Source: an uncultured Gammaproteobacteria bacterium (GTDB taxonomy: Bacteria; Patescibacteriota; Patescibacteriia; Patescibacteriales; UBA12465). Taken from it: DNA of 64,000 nt. Location of the stretch: positions 243,832-307,831 of the forward strand of contig CAZXEE010000001.1 in the NCBI GenBank assembly GCA_964639785.1, written 5' to 3'. Below are positions 42,142 through 50,208 of the stretch, one piece after another. Under the pieces are notes generated by a model. It was not told where the DNA came from and made no database searches. It worked only from the letters and a program-made list of their open reading frames with translations. Made by a program: the position numbers and the translations under genes. Numbering within the stretch: position 1 is the first letter of the stretch; each line of letters starts with the position of its first letter.

Positions 42142-42900
42142 TTTGTCATTATCAACGAAGAATTCATAGCCTCCGATCAAGACTGGGGTGGAGAGGAAGT
42201 ACCAGATGATGATGTCATCTAGAGGGAAGACTTGGCCCTCGACCTTAATCGGGAGAAGATAATTTCCCGGCCAGAACCAGCTGCCGAGCCGGAGCGAGAC
42301 TAATTCATAGAAAAAGAAAACTAAGGCAAAGAAAATAGTTGGCAGGATGGTTTTCTTGAGTAATTTGGGATTTTGCCAGAATATCAGGATGCCGGGGACT
42401 ATCAGGATAATGACGGCTATCGTGGCGTAATTAGAGGCGACTAACTGTCGGTTGTAGAAAAAGAGGCTATAGACTAGGGAAGCGAATACTAGGTAGAGCG
42501 CTATCAGGTATTTGAATTTCTGGTTGGCTGTTTCTTTCCGGTCCTTGTCAATGAAGTATTCATAGAAGCAGAGGACCCAGAAGAAATTCAAGAAAGCGAA
42601 GAGCATGTTCTCGAGCGGGATCAATTCGAAGGGTCGCTCAAAGATCGAAGCTACATCCCAGACATTCATGAGGCGGGCCATCAATTCGACCGGCGGAGCG
42701 AAGAGCAGGGCGGAGAGCAGGGAAAAGACAAGTATCTTGCCGCGGGAGTTTCTTAGCCAAAAGAAATTGATGAGGCTGGGCGGTAACAAGACAATGATGA
42801 TAGACAAAATATATACTGGTTTGATAATCAGAACAAAAATCAAGGCCAAGATGATATAGAGAGCCAAGGAAGCTAGTCTGATTTTCTTTTTATGTTCCAT
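42139..42900 (-). CDS. Lycopene-cyclase-domain-like polytopic membrane protein
   Basis: Two repeats carrying ..FELIPLENMLFAFLNFFW.. and ..VFPLDDIIIWYFLSTP.., resembling the PxE(E/D) motif of the CrtYc/d lycopene cyclase domain. Confidence 0.45.
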   Translation of the reverse strand: MEHKKKIRLASLALYIILALIFVLIIKPVYILSIIIVLLPPSLINFFWLRNSRGKILVFSLLSALLFAPPVELMARLMNVWDVASIFERPFELIPLENMLFAFLNFFWVLCFYEYFIDKDRKETANQKFKYLIALYLVFASLVYSLFFYNRQLVASNYATIAVIILIVPGILIFWQNPKLLKKTILPTIFFALVFFFYELVSLRLGSWFWPGNYLLPIKVEGQVFPLDDIIIWYFLSTPVLIGGYEFFVDNDK

Positions 42901-42975
42901 ATGTTCATATTATAGCTTAGATTGGGTGATAAAAAAACACTCCTGGCCTAGGAGTGTTTTTAAGTGATTAATTAT

Positions 42976-43257
42976 TTACATGCTAAGGGTGTAAGCCTTC
43001 TTCATTCTGGCCATGGCTGTGATCCTGTTTATCACGTCTGGTCCAGCGTTGATTGGCACTCCTCCCTTAGGTAAGATGTAACGAACTTTTTGTTTCCCTG
43101 AGAATAATCTTTTGAAGTAGGGAATTTTTAGACTGAATTTTCCATCGTTCTCTTGAGCGATGAGATTGTGGTTGTCATTTTTTAAGCTGATACCCATCTG
43201 TCTGGATGAGCTAGTTAGCACCACGCGGCTAACTATTATTTCCGGTTGCTTAATCAT
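42976..43257 (-). CDS. Hypothetical 93-aa protein (ORF track extends to 43407)
   Basis: A consensus minus-strand promoter lies inside the extended ORF, so ATG 43257 (MIKQPEII...) is the likely start. No motif recognised. Confidence 0.45.
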   Translation of the reverse strand: MIKQPEIIVSRVVLTSSSRQMGISLKNDNHNLIAQENDGKFSLKIPYFKRLFSGKQKVRYILPKGGVPINAGPDVINRITAMARMKKAYTLSM

Positions 43258-43299
43258 AAAATTTTTTTTAGTTTTTAATGTTTTATTATTTATAACCAT

Positions 43300-43328
43300 A
43301 TTATAGCAAGCGTCAAAAAAGCTGTCAA
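43300..43328 (-). promoter_or_regulatory. Perfect-consensus sigma70 promoter (minus strand)
   Basis: Minus strand reads TTGACA-N17-TATAAT, about 40 nt upstream of ATG 43257. Confidence 0.65.
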
Positions 43329-43354
43329 GAGTGTCAACACCTTCAAAGAAAAGC

Positions 43355-43383
43355 TTGACTATTCCTTGACAATGCCCTATAAT
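43355..43383 (+). promoter_or_regulatory. Sigma70-type promoter of the LexA-like gene
   Basis: TTGACT-N17-TATAAT, 28 nt upstream of ATG 43412. Its -35 lies 27 bp from the divergent -35. Confidence 0.65.
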
Positions 43384-43411
43384 ATAATCATATAAATAAC
43401 TATCCAAAAAT

Positions 43412-44041
43412 ATGCATCAAATCCAGGAAAAACTCTTAGAATTATCTAAAAAAATGAGTTTGCGCGGCAAATCCCTCCGGGAAATCGGGGAAATGGTGGG
43501 AGTGGATAACCAGCCCCAGAAGATCAAGCATCATTTGGCCCAATTAGAGAAGAAGGGCTTTATCGATCTCTTGGGTGGCGGTTCCGATGTCCGCCGGGTG
43601 GAAAAGTCTATCGGCGGCTTGATACCGGTACCGATCCTGGGAACGGCCAATTGCGGCGAGGCTAGCATGTTTGCGGATGACAATGTCGAAGGCTATCTCA
43701 AGGTTTCTCCGAGCATGTTGAAGAAGAAAAGCAATATCTTCGCTATCCGAGCTACCGGTTTTTCGATGAATAAAGCCAATGTTAATGGGGAAAGCATCGA
43801 TCAGGGCGATTTCGTGATAGTTGATAGCGAGAACAAGAATCCCCATAATGGCGATTATGTCCTATCAATAATTGATGGCGTGGCCAATATCAAGAAGATC
43901 AATATCGATGAAAAGCGGAAACAGATCGTGCTTTTATCAGAATCATCTAAAGATTATGCTCCGATCTATATCCATGCGGCTGATTCCGATTGCTACCATG
44001 TCGGTGGCAAGGTATTGCAGGTTATCAAGAAACCGAGGTAA
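43412..44041 (+). CDS. LexA-like repressor (wHTH plus S24 peptidase domain)
   Basis: N-terminal ..SLREIGEMVGV..IKHHLAQLEKKGFI... S24 part ..AIRATGFSMN.. (Ser nucleophile) and ..GVANIKK.. (Lys). Confidence 0.7.
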   Translation: MHQIQEKLLELSKKMSLRGKSLREIGEMVGVDNQPQKIKHHLAQLEKKGFIDLLGGGSDVRRVEKSIGGLIPVPILGTANCGEASMFADDNVEGYLKVSPSMLKKKSNIFAIRATGFSMNKANVNGESIDQGDFVIVDSENKNPHNGDYVLSIIDGVANIKKINIDEKRKQIVLLSESSKDYAPIYIHAADSDCYHVGGKVLQVIKKPR

Positions 44042-44118
44042 TATTTGCTGTTATTCGGTATTGAGCATTTAAATTTTTTTAAAAAATGGCTATTTTTAAC
44101 TAAATTAATTATCCACAG

Positions 44119-44144
44119 ATGTTTTCCTGATGTCAGGAAGACAT
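44119..44144. promoter_or_regulatory. Inverted repeat upstream of dinD, candidate operator
   Basis: ATGTTTTCCTGA-tg-TCAGGAAGACAT (core TTCCTGA/TCAGGAA is perfect), 18 nt before ATG 44162. Confidence 0.4.
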
Positions 44145-44161
44145 AAGATGTTAACAAAAAT

Positions 44162-45019
44162 ATGAAATTGGATAATATAATAAATTATTTTAATAATTTT
44201 AATAAATTTGTTTACGAGGTTGATGGTCTTGAGTTTTGGTTTGCTAGGGACTTACAAAATCTATTAGGTTACTCTAAATGGGAGAACTTTTTAAATGCTA
44301 TTGAAAAGGCAAAAAATGCTTGTATTAATTCAGGTATAAAAACTGATGACCATTTTGCTAATACTGTTAGAGCGGTTAATATGCCAAATGGTGGTATTAA
44401 AGAAGTGGAAGATTTATTTCTTACCAGATATGCTTGTTATTTAATAGCTCAGAATAGTGATCCAGCAAAAGAACAAGTAGCTTTTGCGATGAGTTATTTT
44501 GCTATTCAAACCAGAAAACAAGAATTATTAGAAAAAAGATTAGGAGAGTTGGAGAGATTGCAAGCTCGGGAAAAATTAAGTAATTCAGAAAAAGAGTTAT
44601 CTGGCATGATTTATGAAAGGGGTGTAGATGGCCAGGGTTTTGCATTAATTAAGAGCAAAGGTGACCAAGCTTTGTTTGGCGGATATAGCACTGGAGATAT
44701 GAAGAAGAGATTAGGTATTCCAAGTAATAGGGCTTTGGCCGATTTTTTGCCAACCATTACTATAAAAGCTAAAGATTTTGCTAATGAAATTACTGTCTTT
44801 AATCTAAAGAAAGAAGGCTCAATAAGAAGTATGTTAGGAGTTAGTGGAGAACATGAAAAAAACAATCGTGATGTTAGAAATTTATTAATTCAGAAAGGAA
44901 TTACTCCAGAAACCTTACCCATTGAAGAAGATGTTCAGAAATTGAAAAGAAAAATTAAGAGTGATGATCGATTAATTTTAAAAACTGCTAAAAAAATCAA
45001 AGCCAAAGGCAAAAATTAA
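44162..45019 (+). CDS. dinD: DNA-damage-inducible protein D homologue
   Basis: ..FWFARDLQNLLGYSKWENF...KAKNACINSG...TRYACYLIAQNSDPAKEQVAFAMSYFAIQTRKQEL closely parallels the E. coli DinD sequence as remembered. Confidence 0.75.
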   Translation: MKLDNIINYFNNFNKFVYEVDGLEFWFARDLQNLLGYSKWENFLNAIEKAKNACINSGIKTDDHFANTVRAVNMPNGGIKEVEDLFLTRYACYLIAQNSDPAKEQVAFAMSYFAIQTRKQELLEKRLGELERLQAREKLSNSEKELSGMIYERGVDGQGFALIKSKGDQALFGGYSTGDMKKRLGIPSNRALADFLPTITIKAKDFANEITVFNLKKEGSIRSMLGVSGEHEKNNRDVRNLLIQKGITPETLPIEEDVQKLKRKIKSDDRLILKTAKKIKAKGKN

Positions 45020-45164
45020 TTAGGTTTTGGCTCTTAGTGTTAGAGTTTTATTTAAATTTGACTTAAATTGAGATATGTGATAACTTTGATTAGTTATAAA
45101 CAGATTCGAATCTATAGTCATTATCTTTAAGTGGCCTACAGAAGTCGGGTCACTTAATTTTTTT

Positions 45165-46679
45165 ATGAAAGAAAACAAAGAAAAAGAACAAAAAGATCCT
45201 GGTTTTTCCGAATTGGGCATCAAGCCGAATATTTTGGCAGTTTTAGAAAAGATGAAATTTTCTACTCCAACTCCTATTCAGAGAGAAGCTATTCCGGTAG
45301 CTATTTCCGGTCAAGACGTCATTGGCGTGGCTCAGACCGGAACCGGTAAGACCTTGGCTTTCGGAATCCCGATGGTCCAGTGCTTGTCAGCTTCACGCGG
45401 CAAGGGCTTGATTTTGCTTCCTACCAGAGAATTAGCCCTCCAAGTAGAAGAGAATTTACGCCGTTTCACTATTCCTTTCGGCTTGAAGATCGTTTCCTTG
45501 ATCGGCGGCCAGGCGATTTCCAATCAGATTTTCGCTTTGAAGCGGAGACCGGATATCATCGTGGCCACTCCTGGACGCTTAATCGACCATCTCAAGAGAA
45601 AAACGGTTAATCTATCTGACGTCAAAGTCTTGGTGTTGGATGAGGCTGATATGATGTTTGATATGGGTTTTGCGCCTCAGATCGAGGAAGTATTGGCTAG
45701 CGTTCCAAAAGCGCGCCAGACCATGCTTTTTTCCGCTACCATGCCTCCGGCTATCGTCAAATTAGCTGCCAAGCATCTGCAGACCCCGATCCATATCGAG
45801 ATGGCTCCATCCGGAACTACTGCCAAGCTGGTTGACCAGGAGATGTATATCATCAGGAAAGATGACAAGTTTGCGCAATTGGAAAAGATTTTGAATAAAT
45901 ATTCCGGATCAGTCCTGATCTTCACCCGTACCAAGCATGGCGCTTCTAACCTGACCAAGACCCTTTTGAAGGCCGGTCAGAAAGCGGTAGAAATCCATTC
46001 TAATCTGTCATTCGGCCGTCGCCGTTTGGCTTTGGCTGATTTCAAATCCAAGAAGAGTCGGATATTGGTAGCGACCGATATCGCTGCTCGAGGAATCGAT
46101 GTTTCCGGTATTGAATTAGTAGTGAACTACAACTTGCCGGATAATTCCGAGGACTATGTCCACCGCATCGGCCGTACCGGTCGAGCCGGACTGACCGGCA
46201 AAGCGATCTCTTTTGCTACTCCAGATCAAATGAAAGATATTCGAAGCATCGAGCGTGTAATCAACAAGACTTTTACTCTTAACAAATTAGCTGAACCAGA
46301 TAAATCAGCCTCAGTTTTTTCTTCCCATTCCCGTTCTGGCCGTCGCCAGAGTTTTAATCGGAACAACAAGCCGGCTGATTATTTCAGCGGTTCCAGGCCG
46401 AGTAAGTCTCGCAGTTTTGGCCAGAAGCCAATGAGAAGTGAACGCCCAGCTAGAGCTGTTGATCGTCCGGTCGTTCCCAAGAAAAAGGAAGACTCAAGCG
46501 ATCCTTTTAGCCGTTATTTTGAGATACCGGAAGGACGTCCAGAAAGGAAGAGAAGCGATCGTTCTGGCTATAAAGGCGGGCAGGTTAGCAGCTACAAGGG
46601 GCAAGGCGGTTTCAAGAAGAATAAGGCTCGTGGTGGGTCATATCAAGGCCGTTCCAAGAGTTTTGGCCGCCGTCCCTAG
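45165..46679 (+). CDS. DEAD-box RNA helicase with an Arg/Gly/Ser-rich tail
   Basis: Q-motif FSTPTPIQ, AQTGTGKT, PTRELA, DEAD, SAT and HRIGRTGRAG motifs. Confidence 0.9.
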   Translation: MKENKEKEQKDPGFSELGIKPNILAVLEKMKFSTPTPIQREAIPVAISGQDVIGVAQTGTGKTLAFGIPMVQCLSASRGKGLILLPTRELALQVEENLRRFTIPFGLKIVSLIGGQAISNQIFALKRRPDIIVATPGRLIDHLKRKTVNLSDVKVLVLDEADMMFDMGFAPQIEEVLASVPKARQTMLFSATMPPAIVKLAAKHLQTPIHIEMAPSGTTAKLVDQEMYIIRKDDKFAQLEKILNKYSGSVLIFTRTKHGASNLTKTLLKAGQKAVEIHSNLSFGRRRLALADFKSKKSRILVATDIAARGIDVSGIELVVNYNLPDNSEDYVHRIGRTGRAGLTGKAISFATPDQMKDIRSIERVINKTFTLNKLAEPDKSASVFSSHSRSGRRQSFNRNNKPADYFSGSRPSKSRSFGQKPMRSERPARAVDRPVVPKKKEDSSDPFSRYFEIPEGRPERKRSDRSGYKGGQVSSYKGQGGFKKNKARGGSYQGRSKSFGRRP

Positions 46680-46735
46680 GAAAATAGGTTTGGTTTGTGG
46701 TATAATTACATCATTAATCATCAATATTCAAATAT

Positions 46736-47494
46736 ATGGGCTACATTAGTGATATCCAACTTTTTCGCGATATAAATAAGAATCCCGATGTCTATGGCCA
46801 GCATATTGACGAAGAGACTAAGCAGGAGATAGAAAGGGAAGAGAAAGAAAAAATTGATTCTGGCGTTGTCGAGCCTAAAGCTGAAAAGCTGGGACCGACA
46901 GCAGCTAACTTCGAGCAGGTCTTTACTACTATTTCCGATTTCCATTTGAAGTCGGAGTTCTCTGATGATGATCCGGAGTATGAATTATTGCAATCTCGTA
47001 AGAAGGTGACTGTTGAGTTCTTGTCTAAGATTTTGGAAGATGTGAAGCGCTATGTCGGCACCGTCAACAGTTTTAACTTTATTCGTGATAACCAGGAAGA
47101 GGCTCGGAGCCGGGAGGAGTATTTGGATAATATCAAGGATATCGATACCGAACGCCGGGCTGTCCATAATCGTCTGATTTCTGATTTGAAAATTATGATC
47201 AGGTTGGTAAACACGAACTTCAATCTTAACTTTGATCCGAAGCTCCGTTTCGAAGCAGAGCGCCAGATGCCCGATCGGAAGAATCTGTCTGATGAAGAAT
47301 TGAAAGCCGCTTTAGATAAGAGGGAATATGTTGCTTTTGAAAAAAAGAATTTCCTGTTTGAAAATTTGCCTTCAGATCCTCAGAATGAAAGAGACTTCAT
47401 AAAGGAATGGTCCTTCGGTCTCTATCATGATTTGACCAAACTCAATGACGATTTGAAACTAGTATTGAATAAAAAAGAAAAAGACCGGGATTAG
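46736..47494 (+). CDS. Hypothetical protein (252 aa)
   Basis: Charged, helical-looking ORF. The hairpin AGACCGGGA-ttag-TTCCTGGTCT overlaps the stop. Confidence 0.5.
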   Translation: MGYISDIQLFRDINKNPDVYGQHIDEETKQEIEREEKEKIDSGVVEPKAEKLGPTAANFEQVFTTISDFHLKSEFSDDDPEYELLQSRKKVTVEFLSKILEDVKRYVGTVNSFNFIRDNQEEARSREEYLDNIKDIDTERRAVHNRLISDLKIMIRLVNTNFNLNFDPKLRFEAERQMPDRKNLSDEELKAALDKREYVAFEKKNFLFENLPSDPQNERDFIKEWSFGLYHDLTKLNDDLKLVLNKKEKDRD

Positions 47495-47529
47495 TTCCTG
47501 GTCTTTTTAGTTTTTGGCAAACCGTTAAG

Positions 47530-47796
47530 TTAATTGGTTAGCTTGAGGATCACCGGACGGATGATGTTTTCATAGACGTCGTCCGAGGCGATTTCAGTCG
47601 AAGGAGCTACGATCTCTTCCAGCTTCAGCGAAGTTATAAATTCTTCAATCAAGGTTTCAATCTTTTTAGGATTCTTCGGCTCTTTCTTTAAGAGCTGATT
47701 CCCGTTTTGATCAAAGACCAGATTAGATATTCGCTGCGCTTGTTTAATCAAGCTTTTATTTCGGCCAACCTTTTCGACAATAGGTTTAAAGTCCAT
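47530..47796 (-). CDS. Hypothetical protein (88 aa)
   Basis: ORF with its own promoter. No motif recognised. Confidence 0.45.
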   Translation of the reverse strand: MDFKPIVEKVGRNKSLIKQAQRISNLVFDQNGNQLLKKEPKNPKKIETLIEEFITSLKLEEIVAPSTEIASDDVYENIIRPVILKLTN

Positions 47797-47825
47797 TTCT
47801 GACAGTTTTGTAGGTTTGTGTCTCT

Positions 47826-47853
47826 ATATTACATGAAATTAGAAAATTGTCAA
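47826..47853 (-). promoter_or_regulatory. Sigma70-type promoter (minus strand)
   Basis: Minus strand reads TTGACA-N16-TAATAT, about 30 nt upstream of ATG 47796. Confidence 0.55.
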
Positions 47854-47863
47854 TATAGGTAAT

Positions 47864-47892
47864 AAAAAAAGGCCTTTTGTGGGCCTTTTTGA
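47864..47892. terminator. Hairpin terminator for the 47899-48210 gene
   Basis: AAAAAGGCC-ttttgtg-GGCCTTTTT. Confidence 0.6.
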
Positions 47893-47898
47893 TTTTTT

Positions 47899-48210
47899 TC
47901 ACATGATTTTTCCCAGTAATTTTTTTATCCAGCTTTTTTTGGGTGGCGGGACAATCAGTGATGGGACAACATACTTGAGAAAAATCGCTTTATTATCCAG
48001 CGTTTTAGCTTTTTGGCTGTCGACAATGGATTTTTCTTCCAATTTTTGGCGATATTCAACCATCTTGCTGTTCATTTCCCGGTATTGTTCAGGATTGAAG
48101 AAATTCTGGCCCTGGCAACTGAAGTGCAATTGCTTGATTTCTCTGGCTAATTTCAGGAGTTCGGGATCTTTCCGAATCTTACTGAGATTCTCTTTGGTTT
48201 CTGTCATCAT
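47899..48210 (-). CDS. Hypothetical protein (103 aa from ATG 48210)
   Basis: MMTETKENLSKIRKDPELLKLAREIK... is a plausible charged protein. The overlapping plus-strand ORF is F/W/C-rich junk. Minus-strand TTTACA-N17-TATCAT lies upstream. Confidence 0.45.
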   Translation of the reverse strand: MMTETKENLSKIRKDPELLKLAREIKQLHFSCQGQNFFNPEQYREMNSKMVEYRQKLEEKSIVDSQKAKTLDNKAIFLKYVVPSLIVPPPKKSWIKKLLGKIM

Positions 48211-48271
48211 TTTTTGGTTTAATGTACTTAGTTGGTATGATACAATAAAAATGAGGAGTTGTAAAGGGCAG

Positions 48272-48300
48272 TTGACCAAAAGCGCTTTTAGCTCTATTAT
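48272..48300 (+). promoter_or_regulatory. Sigma70-type promoter of alaS
   Basis: TTGACC-N17-TATTAT, 35 nt upstream of the ATG. Confidence 0.6.
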
Positions 48301-48335
48301 TTTACTATATTATTAATTAATCCATTATAACCGAT

Positions 48336-50123
48336 ATGATTACCAGCCGCGAACTGCGCCAGAAATATTTAGATTTCTTCAAATCCAAAGGACATACTAT
48401 CATCTCCTCGGCTTCTTTGATTCCCGAGAATGATCCGACCGTCCTTTTCACGACTGCCGGCATGCATCCGTTAGTTCCATATCTCTTGGGAGAGAAGCAT
48501 CCGGGCGGGGTCCGTCTGACTGATGCCCAGAAATGTATCCGGACTGGCGATATCGATGAAGTGGGTGATACTACGCACCATACTTTTTTTGAGATGATGG
48601 GTAATTGGTCTTTGGGTGATTATTTCAAGCAAGATTCTATCAGGTTCAGCTTTGAGTTTTTGACTTCGAAAGAATGGCTAGGAATCGACATCAACCGTTT
48701 GGCGGTTTCAGTCTTTGTCGGTGATGACGATGCTCCATTCGATGAAGAAGCCTACAATCTTTGGAAAGAATTAGGTATTACGGAAAAGCGCATTGCCAAG
48801 CTGCCAAAGAAGAATAATTGGTGGGGTCCAGCCGGGACTTCCGGTCCTTGCGGTCCGGATAGCGAGATTTTCTATTGGGTTGGTGATCCGAATCAGGTGC
48901 CAGACAGCTTCAATGATGACAATGACCTCTGGGTGGAGATTTGGAATAATGTTTTTATGCAATATAATAAGGATGTATCAGGACAATTCGAGCCGCTGAC
49001 TCAGAAGAATGTGGACACCGGCTTGGGCCTGGAAAGGGTCTTGGCGGTCTTAAACGGCTTAGATGATAATTACAAAACAGAATTATTTAGCCATTTGATC
49101 AAGGAAGTAGAAGTGCTGAGCGGCCGCCAATATGGCGAAGATGCTGAGACTACCAGGATGATGCGGATCGTGGCTGACCATTTGAAAGCCGCCGCTTTTA
49201 TCATTGGTGACGACAAAGGCATTGCGCCTTCCAATAATGACCAGGGTTACGTGGTCCGGAGATTGATCCGTCGGGCAATCCGTTTCGGCCGCCAATTGGG
49301 CATCGGAGAGGATTCTTGGATCAGCCGGATGGCGATGATCGTCATTGAAGACTATGCTGATATCTATGATGAATTGAGACGCAACCAGGCCTTTATCCTC
49401 GAACAATTCGGCAAGGAAGAGGCCAAGTTCAACCGGACTTTGGAGAATGGCTTGAAAGAATTCGAGAAGATCCAGGCAGAAAATGGCGTCGTGAGCGGCC
49501 ATGATGCTTTCAACTTGTTCCAATCATTCGGTTTTCCTTTGGAAATGACTGAAGAATTGGCCCGGGAAAAGTCTTGGACTGTCGATCAGGAAGTTTTTGC
49601 AACTGAATTGAAGAAACATCAGGATTTGTCTCGGACTGCTTCAGCTGGAAAATTCAAAGGCGGTTTGGCTGATTCCGGCGAAGAGACTACCAAGTTACAC
49701 ACTACCGCTCATTTGCTTTTGGCGGCTCTTCGGAAAGTCTTGGGAGATCATGTCTTCCAGAAAGGCAGCAATATTACTCCGGAGAGATTACGCTTAGATT
49801 TTTCTCATCCGGACAAGATGACCCCAGAACAGATCAAGGCCGTAGAGGATATGGTCAATGTGGAAATCCAGAAAGCTTTGCCGGTCAATTGTGAACAGAT
49901 GCCTTTAGCTGAAGCCAAGGCCAAAGGCGCAATGGGCGTCTTCGAATCTAAGTATGGCGAAGAGGTGAAGGTCTACAAGATTGGTGAAAGCGATCAGGTC
50001 TTTTCATATGAAATCTGTGGCGGACCGCACGTCGAGAATATTTCTGTCTTGGGCCATTTCAAGATCTTGAAAGAAGAGAGTAGCAGTTCCGGTGTCAGAC
50101 GTATCAAGGCGGTATTGGAATAG
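48336..50123 (+). CDS. alaS: Alanyl-tRNA synthetase, short form (595 aa)
   Basis: SRELRQKYLDFFKSKGH..SSASLIP.NDPTVLFTTAGM, ..FFEMMGNWSLGDY.., and editing-domain motifs HTTAHLL and CGGPHV. No sequence is left for a C-Ala domain. Confidence 0.85.
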   Translation: MITSRELRQKYLDFFKSKGHTIISSASLIPENDPTVLFTTAGMHPLVPYLLGEKHPGGVRLTDAQKCIRTGDIDEVGDTTHHTFFEMMGNWSLGDYFKQDSIRFSFEFLTSKEWLGIDINRLAVSVFVGDDDAPFDEEAYNLWKELGITEKRIAKLPKKNNWWGPAGTSGPCGPDSEIFYWVGDPNQVPDSFNDDNDLWVEIWNNVFMQYNKDVSGQFEPLTQKNVDTGLGLERVLAVLNGLDDNYKTELFSHLIKEVEVLSGRQYGEDAETTRMMRIVADHLKAAAFIIGDDKGIAPSNNDQGYVVRRLIRRAIRFGRQLGIGEDSWISRMAMIVIEDYADIYDELRRNQAFILEQFGKEEAKFNRTLENGLKEFEKIQAENGVVSGHDAFNLFQSFGFPLEMTEELAREKSWTVDQEVFATELKKHQDLSRTASAGKFKGGLADSGEETTKLHTTAHLLLAALRKVLGDHVFQKGSNITPERLRLDFSHPDKMTPEQIKAVEDMVNVEIQKALPVNCEQMPLAEAKAKGAMGVFESKYGEEVKVYKIGESDQVFSYEICGGPHVENISVLGHFKILKEESSSSGVRRIKAVLE

Positions 50124-50208
50124 GATTTTTACTCAAGGTTGTTAATATCCGTCTCTAGTCTTTTTGTGGTATAATTAAGTTATAGAAAATAATCAATAAA
50201 ATATCATT

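Noticed and set aside
44109-44117. Perfect DnaA box TTATCCACA, and gyrB as a possible oriC marker
   Set aside because: It is a single 9-mer, which is expected by chance about once in a window of this size on two strands. There is no cluster of boxes, no dnaA or dnaN gene, and no AT-rich unwinding element next to it or next to gyrB.
47879-48316. 145-aa plus-strand ORF
   Set aside because: The translation is Phe/Trp/Cys/Leu-rich and implausible. The opposite strand encodes a charged, helical-looking protein with a promoter and terminator in the right places.
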